A stretch of DNA of 59,795 nucleotides from a virus (lineage: Duplodnaviria > Caudoviricetes), in the IMG/VR virus record IMGVR_UViG_3300045135_002103, positions 1 to 59,795 of that record; one strand, 5' to 3'. Under the pieces are notes generated by a model. It saw nothing but the letters and a program-made list of their open reading frames with translations. It searched no databases and was not told where the DNA came from. The position numbers and the translations under genes were made by a program. The first letter of the stretch is position 1; the number at the start of each line of letters is the position of its first letter. Shown here one piece after another: positions 36,729 to 45,646 of this stretch.

Positions 36729-36946
36729 TGTTCAAAAACTGGGGTGATAATATTGAACCACCTGATTTTGCAACTAAAGAAGAAGTGCAGGAGATGATTG
36801 ATGATGCAATACGCAGACACAATCGTAATGCTGGAATTATTTCTATGTGTGTTGGGTGGGTTGTTCTTGCACTTTTTGCTGAGGGTCTTCTTCGACTTAT
36901 TGGAATAGTGCCCCCATTATTGCCATGGTTAAAAATAACACTTTAA
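36728..36946 (+). CDS. hypothetical membrane protein
   Basis: Track ORF with TM segment. Confidence 0.6.
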   Translation: MFKNWGDNIEPPDFATKEEVQEMIDDAIRRHNRNAGIISMCVGWVVLALFAEGLLRLIGIVPPLLPWLKITL

Positions 36947-36958
36947 ATAGGAGAAACA

Positions 36959-37126
36959 ATGAGTAGATTTGAAGATTTTACCGACAAAGAAAAACGTATG
37001 TTTGCTGAAGCACTTTGGAGACGCCAAAGATGTTTTGTTGCTGGTGACAGGATGTTCAGAGATTATGAAAAAGTTTTGAATGAAGTTTTAGAAGAAATTG
37101 ATTATATTCCAGGAAGAGTATTATGA
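36959..37126 (+). CDS. hypothetical 55-aa protein
   Basis: AGGAG RBS; ATGA-coupled to gnd. Confidence 0.55.
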   Translation: MSRFEDFTDKEKRMFAEALWRRQRCFVAGDRMFRDYEKVLNEVLEEIDYIPGRVL

Positions 37127-38160
37127 AAGTAGGAATCATTGGTTTAGGGAGAATGGGCGAGGGTATGTCTCGTCGTATGCTAAAAGCAGGTATCGAGGTT
37201 CATGGGTATCGTAACAACTATAAAAAAGCTTGTGAGCAATATGAAAAGGGTTATATCAGTGGATGTACCACTTCTTTGGAAAACCTTGTTCAAGTAGTTC
37301 ATAACCAGGATGGGTTAGTTGGAAAAGCACCTGGTATCTTTATGATGGTTGTACCAGCAGAAACCGTAGAGGACACACTTAATGAGTTACTACAATTTTG
37401 TGTGGAAGGTGATATTATTATTGATCATGGCAATTCCAATTTTAAGGACTCTAGACGCAGGGCAGAAAGGTTGTCTAAGATGGGCATCCAATATATTGAC
37501 TGTGGTACTAGTGGTGGTGTTTACGGTCTGGAGCGTGGATACTGTCTTATGGTTGGTGGTACAAATACTGCAGTATCCGTCTGCTCTCCTATCTTTAGGG
37601 CACTCGCACCAGGTATCGGATCTGCCCCTCGCACAAATCCAACCAGTCGTGCAACATCTGCAGAGTATGGTTGGTTGCATTGTGGACCACCAGGTGCAGG
37701 TCACTTTGTGAAGATGGTTCACAACGGAGTCGAGTATGGAATCATGCAAGCATACGCAGAAGGATTTAATATCCTGCATGAGGCTAATGCTGGCAGCAAG
37801 TACGTCAAGGCAGGTGATGCTGAGGTGGCTCCGATGGAGAATCCGGAAGATTACTGCTATGACATTGACTGTGCTGAAGTGGCTGAGTTGTGGCGTCGTG
37901 GTAGCGTGGTTGGTAGTTGGTTATTGGATCTTACTGCGGATGTACTTCGAGGCAATACAGAGCTTGATAAGTTCGATGGAGGAGTTTCCGATAGCGGTGA
38001 GGGCCGCTGGACTGTTCATGCCGCTGTCGATTTGGGTGTTCCCACTCCTGTCATTTCTACGGCACTGTTTGAACGTTTTGAATCGCGTCGTCTGGGCGCT
38101 TTCGCTAATAAGGTTTTAAACGGAATGCGTTACATGTTCGGAGGACATCATGTCAGATAG
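37123..38160 (+). CDS. gnd: 6-phosphogluconate dehydrogenase (short form)
   Basis: GLGRMG, GTSGG, GHFVKMVHNGVEY, SGEGRW. Confidence 0.96.
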   Translation: MKVGIIGLGRMGEGMSRRMLKAGIEVHGYRNNYKKACEQYEKGYISGCTTSLENLVQVVHNQDGLVGKAPGIFMMVVPAETVEDTLNELLQFCVEGDIIIDHGNSNFKDSRRRAERLSKMGIQYIDCGTSGGVYGLERGYCLMVGGTNTAVSVCSPIFRALAPGIGSAPRTNPTSRATSAEYGWLHCGPPGAGHFVKMVHNGVEYGIMQAYAEGFNILHEANAGSKYVKAGDAEVAPMENPEDYCYDIDCAEVAELWRRGSVVGSWLLDLTADVLRGNTELDKFDGGVSDSGEGRWTVHAAVDLGVPTPVISTALFERFESRRLGAFANKVLNGMRYMFGGHHVR

Positions 38161-38230
38161 CACTCATTGGATTTGTGGTAAATGTGGTGGCAAAGGATGC
38201 AAACACTGTAATAAAGGATGGGAGAAATGA
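38150..38230 (+). CDS. 26-aa zinc-finger-like micropeptide
   Basis: MSDSTHWICGKCGGKGCKHCNKGWEK*; GGAGG RBS; coupled to the next ORF. Confidence 0.45.
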   Translation: MSDSTHWICGKCGGKGCKHCNKGWEK

Positions 38231-38358
38231 TATTTGCCGATATTCTTAAATGGATCGCAATACCCTTTGTATTATCCACAATATATTTCGGGGTACGAAA
38301 AGGTGAAAATAACTACTACGAAACAGATAAGTACGATGGAAACGGAACCGCTCACTAA
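38227..38358 (+). CDS. ndhP: NDH-1 subunit NdhP
   Basis: MIFADILKWIAIPFVLSTIYFGVRKGENNYYETDKYDGNGTAH*: TM helix plus the Y-x-T-D-x-Y-x-GNG-x-AH C-terminus of NdhP. Confidence 0.85.
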   Translation: MIFADILKWIAIPFVLSTIYFGVRKGENNYYETDKYDGNGTAH

Positions 38359-39673
38359 AGGTATAGTAATCTTCGGAGCAACTGGAGATCTATGCAAAAA
38401 AAAACTTATTCCAGCATTATATAAACTCTGGGATAAGTATCTTCTTCCGAAGAATTTTACTATTACTGGTGCTGCCAGAAGAGATCCTGGTAGAGAAACA
38501 TGGGTAAAATCTTTAGGAGAATATCCCGAAGAATTTAAACATATGCTTGATTATGTTTGTTGTGATTTAGATAATCCAGAAAGTTTGAATAAACTTCCCG
38601 AGACTGACGACACAACTTACTTTTTATCTGTTCCACCTGAAAGATACGAGTCGGCAATCATCAACCTCAAGCAAGGAGGATTTTTAGATGACCCAGAAAC
38701 ATCGCGTGTTGTTATTGAAAAACCCTTTGGGTACGATCTTAAATCTGCTGATCATCTACAGTCAGTGGTGGGCAGGCATCTACGCGAGAAACAAGTTTAT
38801 CGCATTGACCATTATCTTGGTAAAGATACTGTCAATAATATTCTTGCTACTCGGTTTGGGAATATTCTTCTTGAACCACTTTGGAACAGGGAGTATATAG
38901 AGGAAGTTCAAATCTTTGCAACTGAGACTATTGGTTGTGAAGGACGTTCACAATACTATGAAGGTGCAGGTGTAGTTAGAGATATGTTGCAGAACCATAT
39001 GCTTCAGGTTCTGTCACTGATTGCTATGGAAGCACCATGCAGAATGGATGCTAGAGAAATTAGACGTGAGAAGACAAAAGTTCTTTCGGCAACTAGACTA
39101 GGACATAAAGTAATTTTTGGTCAGTATGAATCTTACAAATCTGAAGAGGGTGTCGATTCTAATAGTAATACTCCTACCTATATCGCTGGTGATTTATACG
39201 TCGATAACTGGCGTTGGAAGGGAGTTCCTTTTTACTTCATGACTGGTAAGAAAATGCCATACCAGTGTGTTGAGGTTGTTGTCAAACTCAAAGCACCTCC
39301 TGTTGGATTGTTTGAGGGTGAAACACCTGGACGTATTGTTATGCGATTACAACCACATGCTCACCTTGATATTCAAATTGATGTGAAGTCTCCTGGACTT
39401 AGTGAACAAGTTGAGTTGGCAACACTTACTCACAGGTATCCTGATTGGTTGGGTGTTGATGGGTATGAAAAACTTCTTTATGATGCAATCGATGGAGATC
39501 AATCACACTTTGTTCATTCTGAAGAAGTGATTGAGTCTTGGAGAATTGTTGATGACCTTCTTTGTACTGGTGATAAGTGTCCTATAAGAACAAAACCTTT
39601 TATCTATATGGGGGGTAACTGGGGTCCTACACATAAAACTAATTTTATTACCAATTGGGACTACCCTGGATAA
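38336..39673 (+). CDS. zwf: glucose-6-phosphate dehydrogenase
   Basis: GATGDL, EKPFG, RIDHYLGK, RDMLQNH. Confidence 0.97.
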   Translation: METEPLTKGIVIFGATGDLCKKKLIPALYKLWDKYLLPKNFTITGAARRDPGRETWVKSLGEYPEEFKHMLDYVCCDLDNPESLNKLPETDDTTYFLSVPPERYESAIINLKQGGFLDDPETSRVVIEKPFGYDLKSADHLQSVVGRHLREKQVYRIDHYLGKDTVNNILATRFGNILLEPLWNREYIEEVQIFATETIGCEGRSQYYEGAGVVRDMLQNHMLQVLSLIAMEAPCRMDAREIRREKTKVLSATRLGHKVIFGQYESYKSEEGVDSNSNTPTYIAGDLYVDNWRWKGVPFYFMTGKKMPYQCVEVVVKLKAPPVGLFEGETPGRIVMRLQPHAHLDIQIDVKSPGLSEQVELATLTHRYPDWLGVDGYEKLLYDAIDGDQSHFVHSEEVIESWRIVDDLLCTGDKCPIRTKPFIYMGGNWGPTHKTNFITNWDYPG

Positions 39674-39690
39674 ATGAGCATTATCACTCA

Positions 39691-39724
39691 TTGATCTTTT
39701 AAGTAAAGTTATGTAAACTAAATA
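39691..39724 (+). promoter_or_regulatory. psbD promoter with HLR1-like site and late motif
   Basis: TTGATC-N17-TAAACT; TTTACATA-ac-TTTACTTA on the minus strand at 39700-39717; CTAAATA. Confidence 0.55.
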
Positions 39725-39745
39725 TGAAAAGATATATTGGAGGTT

Positions 39746-40801
39746 ATGACAACTTCAACTTTAAACATTCCACAACGGGGGTGGTTCGATGTCCTGGATG
39801 ACTGGCTTAAACGAGATCGCTTTGTCTTTGTGGGTTGGTCTGGACTACTTCTTTTTCCCACTGCTTATCTTGCAATTGGTGGCTGGCTTACTGGCACAAC
39901 GTTTGTTACGAGCTGGTATACCCACGGGTTGGCGTCTTCTTACCTTGAGGGTGCTAATTTTCTCACGGCAGCAGTGTCAACTCCTGCTGACGCTATGGGT
40001 CATTCTCTTCTTCTACTTTGGGGTCCTGAGTCTCAGGGAGATTTCATCCGCTGGTGCCAACTTGGGGGACTCTGGAATTTTGTGGCGCTCCACGGAGCCT
40101 TTGCTCTCATAGGATTCATGCTTCGACAATTTGAACTTGCACGTCTTATCGGTATCCGTCCGTACAATGCGATCGCTTTTTCTGGCCCTATTGCTGTATT
40201 TGTCTCTGTATTCCTCATCTATCCTCTCGGACAATCGTCTTGGTTCTTTGCGCCGAGTTTTGGTGTATCAGCGATTTTCCGCTTCCTTCTCTTCCTCCAG
40301 GGCTTTCATAACTGGACGCTCAATCCCTTCCATATGATGGGAGTTGCTGGTATACTGGGAGGAGCACTCCTGTCAGCAATTCACGGAGTCACTGTAGAGA
40401 ATACTCTGTATCAGGATGGTGAACAAGCAAATACATTCAAAGCATTCGACTCTACCCAAGAGGAAGAGACTTATTCGATGGTCACTGCCAACCGTTTCTG
40501 GTCTCAAATCTTTGGTATTGCGTTCAGCAATAAGCGTTGGCTCCACTTCTTTATGTTGTTTGTTCCTGTTATGGGTCTTTGGACAAGTTCCATCGGTATT
40601 ATTGGTCTTGCTCTCAACCTTCGTGCTTATGACTTTGTATCCCAAGAGATCAGAGCAGCAGAAGATCCAGAGTTCGAGACGTTCTACACAAAGAACATCC
40701 TATTGAATGAAGGTCTTCGTACTTGGTTAGCGCCTGTTGACCAACCACATGAGCAGTTTGTATTCCCTGAAGAAGTATTGCCTAGAGGTAATGCTCTGTG
40801 A
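39746..40801 (+). CDS. psbD: photosystem II D2 protein
   Basis: [21 protein letters not shown] ... [10 protein letters not shown]. Confidence 0.99.
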   Translation: MTTSTLNIPQRGWFDVLDDWLKRDRFVFVGWSGLLLFPTAYLAIGGWLTGTTFVTSWYTHGLASSYLEGANFLTAAVSTPADAMGHSLLLLWGPESQGDFIRWCQLGGLWNFVALHGAFALIGFMLRQFELARLIGIRPYNAIAFSGPIAVFVSVFLIYPLGQSSWFFAPSFGVSAIFRFLLFLQGFHNWTLNPFHMMGVAGILGGALLSAIHGVTVENTLYQDGEQANTFKAFDSTQEEETYSMVTANRFWSQIFGIAFSNKRWLHFFMLFVPVMGLWTSSIGIIGLALNLRAYDFVSQEIRAAEDPEFETFYTKNILLNEGLRTWLAPVDQPHEQFVFPEEVLPRGNAL

Positions 40802-40834
40802 TATAATTAGGGGGTGTAACAACCCTCTTTTTTT

Positions 40835-41071
40835 ATGACTTTTACTATATACTCTAAAGACGGATGCCCATATTGCATTAAAGTTCAACAGGTGCTAAAG
40901 TTGGCAGAGTTGAAACATGTTGTCTACAAACTTGATACTGATTATTCTCGTGAGGAATTTTATGAAAAATTTGGAATGGGTTCAACCTTCCCTCAAGTGG
41001 TTTTAGATGATTTAAATATCGGCGGATGTCAAGAAACTGTAAAGTATCTACGGGAAAACAAACTAGTTTAA
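40835..41071 (+). CDS. glutaredoxin
   Basis: CPYC, TFPQV, IGG. Confidence 0.9.
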   Translation: MTFTIYSKDGCPYCIKVQQVLKLAELKHVVYKLDTDYSREEFYEKFGMGSTFPQVVLDDLNIGGCQETVKYLRENKLV

Positions 41072-41430
41072 TGGAAAACAATCTTCACGAAATTTACACA
41101 GATGTTGAAAAAGCAATTGATTATGCCTTTGATGGAAAATTTGTATTAAAGTTTTATGATTATCTGAAAATTCGTAAAACTAAACGTCATGAAATAGAAG
41201 AGTTTATTGAAAGTAGCACTGCAGCTGAACTCAGTGATATGACTTTGGAACTCGAAGAATACATCAAAGGTGGTAGTGATGATGAGCATAAACAACTTCG
41301 TGAAGGATATGGTCACATTTCAAAACCACAAGCAAGAAAAATAAAGCAGTATTTGTACGGCATTCTAGAAGATGCATGGAGGTATAGTCGTGACAGAAGA
41401 CCTGGGAGGAGAAAAAAGCAAACTAAATAA
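41071..41430 (+). CDS. conserved cyanophage hypothetical protein
   Basis: Trimmed track ORF, TAATG-coupled. Confidence 0.7.
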   Translation: MENNLHEIYTDVEKAIDYAFDGKFVLKFYDYLKIRKTKRHEIEEFIESSTAAELSDMTLELEEYIKGGSDDEHKQLREGYGHISKPQARKIKQYLYGILEDAWRYSRDRRPGRRKKQTK

Positions 41431-41616
41431 GTCAGACCCCCATATTAATCGTGGGGTTGAGTTGCTGTTACGCAACAGGAGGAGAAAACCGGAACCACCA
41501 AAAACTTTTCAGATAAGGTTTGGTAAGATGGTTTCTCTCTTCCGTAGAGAAATTGTTTTTAACCTAAACTTCTATCTGGATATTAGGAAAAAATAATTCT
41601 CTGGAGATAAAGGAAA

Positions 41617-41838
41617 ATGTTAGCAGTAACCCTCACCATTGGAACTTTAGTTTCCATTATGATGTTTTTTGTAGGAGGTGTGGTAGGATGGTTGGCAAAA
41701 GAACATGTATATCAAACACAACCAGTATTCACACACCCAGAGATGTTTGATGAAAATGGGAACATTCTTCCCGATGAAATTTTAGCAGTACGATTTGAAA
41801 ACAATTATGACGACTACGAAGAAGAAGACGACGACTAG
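41617..41838 (+). CDS. membrane protein
   Basis: TM segment + HPEMFDENG. Confidence 0.7.
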   Translation: MLAVTLTIGTLVSIMMFFVGGVVGWLAKEHVYQTQPVFTHPEMFDENGNILPDEILAVRFENNYDDYEEEDDD

Positions 41839-42406
41839 ATCTAAGGCATCTACTTCTACAAGAAAAAGTGCAACACCAATTCCAGATCTTCCAACCAATC
41901 CATTTGTGTTTGAAGTTCTGGAACTTGCATCTAAGCAACGTTCTAATGCAAAAAAGGTAGAGGTTCTGAAAAAGTATGAGCATGACTCATTGAAAAGTAT
42001 TTTTATTTGGAACTTTGATGAATCTGTGATTAGTCTTCTTCCAGAGGGGGATGTTCCTTATGGTGATGCAGAAGATCAATCTGTTTATAGTGGAAGTTTG
42101 TCACAAAATATTCAACGTGAAGCTGCGGGTGGAGAATCTGCAACTGGACAAGACTTAGATGGTCGAGGAAAAACTTCTCTTCGACGTGAGTGGCAAAATC
42201 TTTACCACTATGTTCGTGGTGGTAACTCAAGTTTGAGTAATATTCGTCGAGAGATGATGTTTATCAATCTTCTTCGAGGACTTCATCCCAAAGAAGCAGA
42301 GGTCGTGGTCCTTATTAAAGATGGAAGATTGAGTTCTAAATATAAAGTATCTTTTGAGAATGTGAAAGAAGCATATCCCGACATTCAATGGGGTGGGCGT
42401 TCATGA
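41807..42406 (+). CDS. conserved T4-like hypothetical protein
   Basis: LPEGDVPY, RREMMFINLLRGLHPKEA. Confidence 0.75.
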   Translation: MTTTKKKTTTRSKASTSTRKSATPIPDLPTNPFVFEVLELASKQRSNAKKVEVLKKYEHDSLKSIFIWNFDESVISLLPEGDVPYGDAEDQSVYSGSLSQNIQREAAGGESATGQDLDGRGKTSLRREWQNLYHYVRGGNSSLSNIRREMMFINLLRGLHPKEAEVVVLIKDGRLSSKYKVSFENVKEAYPDIQWGGRS

Positions 42407-42735
42407 CAGTTACGATAGAAAAGGAAGAGTCTATGGGAAGTAAACCAGTCAATCCAGAAGATCCTTCCACATATGGATGTCAGATTCTTTTGGAAAAAAC
42501 TACAATTGAAATCGCAAATGATAAATCATATCCAACTGACGCAAAACTTATTTGGTATGTTGAAGATGGAAAAGAATATCTAGATCTTACTAGATGCAAA
42601 AAGTCTGTTGACTTATTTGATATGTACTATGATAAGTATGGTCCGGGTTCTGTTAGAAAAATTGATTTTGGATTTGGATCCGTTAAACCAAAACTGTGGG
42701 GATACAAAGCACCTGAGAGTAAAAAAAGAAAATGA
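42403..42735 (+). CDS. hypothetical protein
   Basis: Trimmed track ORF, ATGA-coupled. Confidence 0.65.
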   Translation: MTVTIEKEESMGSKPVNPEDPSTYGCQILLEKTTIEIANDKSYPTDAKLIWYVEDGKEYLDLTRCKKSVDLFDMYYDKYGPGSVRKIDFGFGSVKPKLWGYKAPESKKRK

Positions 42736-42923
42736 GTAAAGGTTTTAGTGACTTTGATGTTGAGTTTGATGTAAAAAAGGAAGACATTGATCGTCTTCTT
42801 AAAAAATATAAAAAATTAAAAAAGTATCAAAAGTCTTCTTTGTTTGCACTAAAGACGATGGATGGTACTGAAGAGATTATTAGTAAACTTATTCAAGAAG
42901 CAGAAGATGATCCTATCACTTGA
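42732..42923 (+). CDS. hypothetical protein
   Basis: Track ORF, coupled. Confidence 0.6.
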   Translation: MSKGFSDFDVEFDVKKEDIDRLLKKYKKLKKYQKSSLFALKTMDGTEEIISKLIQEAEDDPIT

Positions 42924-42971
42924 CAATAGTGGTAAATAGAAATATGATCTTTAGTATGTATTATTCTCATC

Positions 42972-43163
42972 ATGTATAAACCATACTCACTAGAATGGCA
43001 CAGGTATAGATACCTCAAAGAAGCCATTGACAAATACTTGGATGATTATGTTGAGAACGATGTAATCATGAATGATATCCTAAGTATTGTTTGTGACCGG
43101 CAAGACCGAGCACATGCTGAGTATCATAAGTTAGAAGACTTAGAACTAAAACTGCGAGACTAG
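42972..43163 (+). CDS. hypothetical protein
   Basis: TTGACA-N17-TATGAT promoter at 42920. Confidence 0.6.
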   Translation: MYKPYSLEWHRYRYLKEAIDKYLDDYVENDVIMNDILSIVCDRQDRAHAEYHKLEDLELKLRD

Positions 43164-43164
43164 T

Positions 43165-43479
43165 ATGCTATCAACTCAATACAGACTCCGACTAGAGTTT
43201 ATCTGTAAGAAGATTGCTAATAAAGAAGAAGTCAAACTAGAAGATATGATCTGGGCAGAGAAACTTGCTAAGAGACATACAACTGCTAGGGACTGGTTGA
43301 ATAAAGCACGTCGTCAAGCTGCTCAGGATATTGAGGAGGGAAGTATGGATGATTTTATGAATAAGATGGGACTAGGAGACCCCGACCCATCTAATTATAA
43401 AACGGGGTTTGATGGTGCAGATGATATTAATGAATGGTTCGGAAGAGACAAACCAGATGACTGGAGGCAACGTGACTGA
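43165..43479 (+). CDS. conserved cyanophage hypothetical protein
   Basis: MLSTQYRLRL...DWRQRD. Confidence 0.7.
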   Translation: MLSTQYRLRLEFICKKIANKEEVKLEDMIWAEKLAKRHTTARDWLNKARRQAAQDIEEGSMDDFMNKMGLGDPDPSNYKTGFDGADDINEWFGRDKPDDWRQRD

Positions 43480-43723
43480 AAAAATCACACCCGAAACATA
43501 TGAAAAAATGAATGAAGAGTTTGAGGAAGAAGGTCTTGCCTTCCGAATTATTGTACCTACACAAGAAGAAATTGATGAGTGGCAGCAAAGAAACGAAACT
43601 GAATATCACTAAGAACTTGGTAGAGAAGATTGCTGAACTGCTGAATGCAGAAGTTCATCATTCCCTTTTAGTTGACCACAAAGGTCAAGAACAAAGAAAA
43701 ATCTCAATTATCTACAAAGACTA

Positions 43724-43960
43724 ATGGCAGCAGTAATTTACAGTAACGGAAGTCAAGAGTGTGAGCGTATGGCTCAACTCTTAAAGTCACTTGGTGGAGA
43801 GTTTTTGGAATATAAACTAAACCACCACTTCACCCAAAAAGGATTTGAGGCAGAGTTTGGTAAAGATGCTGAGTATCCTCAGATTAATATTGGATTCAAA
43901 CATGTTGGTAATATGAATGAGACACTTAAGTATATGAAACGCAACGAACTCATTTCTTAA
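43724..43960 (+). CDS. glutaredoxin-like protein (SxxC)
   Basis: YSNGSQEC, YPQI, HVG. Confidence 0.7.
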   Translation: MAAVIYSNGSQECERMAQLLKSLGGEFLEYKLNHHFTQKGFEAEFGKDAEYPQINIGFKHVGNMNETLKYMKRNELIS

Positions 43961-43973
43961 GATATTATAAAAC

Positions 43974-44025
43974 TGTATCACAAGTTACAAAACTACTTGA
44001 CTATATAATGTGTTCGGTCTATAAT
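43974..44025 (+). promoter_or_regulatory. NtcA box + sigma70 promoter
   Basis: TGTA-TCACAAGT-TACA (GTA-N8-TAC) at 43974-43989; TTGACT-N17-TATAAT at 43997-44025. Confidence 0.8.
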
Positions 44026-44032
44026 GACCATA

Positions 44033-44267
44033 CGTTCATCCAACATGTTAGCACTACTGTTGGCACTGAACCTTGCCCATCATGCAGACGGCAATCCTTA
44101 CGGATGGCACATGTCGTGTGAAAGGTTCCTCCAGAAACGAGTTGAAATCCTTATGGACGACAACTTGGATCGTCGCACAAAATATAACCTTATAGGTTAT
44201 TTTAAAACGAAGGTTGATGGAAAGTGTAATAGTGTGCTAATATAGGACGCAAGTAAGTCGCGGAACG
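44033..44267 (+). ncRNA. glutamine-riboswitch (glnA-type)-like aptamer 1 with an ORF in P2
   Basis: P1 CGTTC/GAACG, ATCC...GGACGCAAGTAA junction. Confidence 0.75.
44045..44245 (+). CDS. 66-aa exported-looking protein nested in aptamer 1
   Basis: MLALLLALNLAHHADG...two Cys; ATG and stop lie in the P2 stem. Confidence 0.65.
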   Translation: MLALLLALNLAHHADGNPYGWHMSCERFLQKRVEILMDDNLDRRTKYNLIGYFKTKVDGKCNSVLI

Positions 44268-44270
44268 GAG

Positions 44271-44451
44271 CGTTCATCCCATGTTTGATTTATTACTTTA
44301 TTCTGGTATTCATTGCACTGATGCTTCTGATATAATCAGTCGTATTGATGCTAATCAGAATATGAATAATCAAGTAAAGGTAGAACTTATTGAAGTAATT
44401 CAAGAGGCAACACCCGAATGTGCATGGGACGCAAACGACTGAAGGAACGGG
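44271..44451 (+). ncRNA. glutamine-riboswitch (glnA-type)-like aptamer 2 with an ORF in P2
   Basis: P1 CGTTC/GAACG, P2 TCCCATG/CATGGGA, CGCAAACGACTGAAG junction. Confidence 0.78.
44281..44442 (+). CDS. 53-aa protein nested in aptamer 2
   Basis: MFDLLLYSGIHCTDASDIISRIDANQNMNNQVKVELIEVIQEATPECAWDAND*. Confidence 0.6.
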   Translation: MFDLLLYSGIHCTDASDIISRIDANQNMNNQVKVELIEVIQEATPECAWDAND

Positions 44452-44487
44452 AGATTAAATTCACCCTAGTATTTCAGGAGTAAACAA

Positions 44488-44652
44488 ATGAACACCTTAA
44501 CACTCATCAAAAAACAAATCGACAAGGCAGCAGCACTGCATAATGCTCAAATCAACATCACCAAATATCGTGGTGTAGATTGCAAAGTGCATCAGGCAAC
44601 TGAGGAAACTCATGGCACCTACTGCTATCGTGGTCGCACTTACGTCAAGTAA
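44488..44652 (+). CDS. DUF4278-like small protein (two YRG motifs)
   Basis: AGGAG RBS; ...TKYRGVD...YCYRGRTYVK*; typical gene downstream of glutamine riboswitches. Confidence 0.8.
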   Translation: MNTLTLIKKQIDKAAALHNAQINITKYRGVDCKVHQATEETHGTYCYRGRTYVK

Positions 44653-44656
44653 AACT

Positions 44657-44752
44657 ATGGAAGCACTACAAGTAACTGGGATCGTATCTCTTTTTTCTGT
44701 AGTATTTCTTGGTTTCATCTATGGAGAGTTACTAATTCTGCGTAGAACTTGA
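44657..44752 (+). CDS. 31-aa single-TM protein
   Basis: MEALQVTGIVSLFSVVFLGFIYGELLILRRT*. Confidence 0.55.
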   Translation: MEALQVTGIVSLFSVVFLGFIYGELLILRRT

Positions 44753-44781
44753 GTTGCACTAAAACTGAATAGGTGTTAAAC

Positions 44782-44805
44782 TGGGAGGGTAACCTCCCAT
44801 TTTTT
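44782..44805 (+). terminator. intrinsic terminator
   Basis: TGGGAGG-GTAA-CCTCCCA + T-run. Confidence 0.8.
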
Positions 44806-44991
44806 ATGGAAAGAGACAAACTTAAACTGATAGTAAGGAACTTAAAACTGTTGGTTGAGGCTCTTGAATCTGAAGTGTATTCTGATCCTGGTGCTTATAC
44901 TGACAAACGGGAGAACTTTGATGATCCCATTCCTTACTCCTCTACAGATTACGACGAAGTATTTTATGACGACGATGGATACCCCGACTAA
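44806..44991 (+). CDS. conserved cyanophage hypothetical protein
   Basis: MERDKLKLIVRNLKLLVEALESEVYSD. Confidence 0.7.
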   Translation: MERDKLKLIVRNLKLLVEALESEVYSDPGAYTDKRENFDDPIPYSSTDYDEVFYDDDGYPD

Positions 44992-45622
44992 ACTGATTAG
45001 CGTCACTCCTGATGCAGAGAAACACATGGCTTATTGTGCTCGTGTGTCTAATCCAAACAACCAGGATAATGATAAGTTTTCTGGACTACTCAAGTATTGT
45101 GTAAAGCATCAGCACTGGAGTATCTTTGAACAAGCATTTATGACTCTGGAGATCAACACCACCAGGGCTATCGCGGCTCAAGTGCTGCGTCACCGTTCGT
45201 TCACATATCAAGAATTTTCACAACGCTATGCAGATTCATCTCTGCTGGGTTTTGATAAGATTCCACTGCCAAAACTGAGACGACAGGATGATAAGAATCG
45301 CCAGAACTCTATTGACGACCTAGATCCATTCGATGTTCAAAACCTGGAACTTCAGATGCAAACTCTGTTTGATTCTTCCATGGCTTTGTACAAACAAATG
45401 CTGGGAAGAGGCGTGGCAAAGGAGTGTGCAAGAAATGTGCTTCCCCTCTGTGTGCCCACAAAAATGTACATGACGGGATCAGTTCGCTCATGGATTCATT
45501 ATATCGATTTGAGGTCTGCTAATGGTACTCAAAAAGAGCATATGGATATTGCACTGGGTGCAAAAAAGATCTTTATCGAACAGTTTCCTGCTGTTGCTGA
45601 AGCAATGGAATGGACGAACTAA
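44975..45622 (+). CDS. thyX: flavin-dependent thymidylate synthase
   Basis: RHRSFTYQEFSQRY ThyX motif, HWSIFE, KECAR. Confidence 0.95.
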   Translation: MDTPTKLISVTPDAEKHMAYCARVSNPNNQDNDKFSGLLKYCVKHQHWSIFEQAFMTLEINTTRAIAAQVLRHRSFTYQEFSQRYADSSLLGFDKIPLPKLRRQDDKNRQNSIDDLDPFDVQNLELQMQTLFDSSMALYKQMLGRGVAKECARNVLPLCVPTKMYMTGSVRSWIHYIDLRSANGTQKEHMDIALGAKKIFIEQFPAVAEAMEWTN

Positions 45623-45646
45623 ATATCGTATGAGTTAATGTAAATT

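Noticed and set aside
38234-38335. N-terminal extension of zwf
   Set aside because: Occupied by ndhP in another frame.
33145-40801. Group I intron or homing endonuclease in or next to psbA/psbD
   Set aside because: Both frames are continuous and full length, and the ORF after psbA shows no nuclease motif I recognise.
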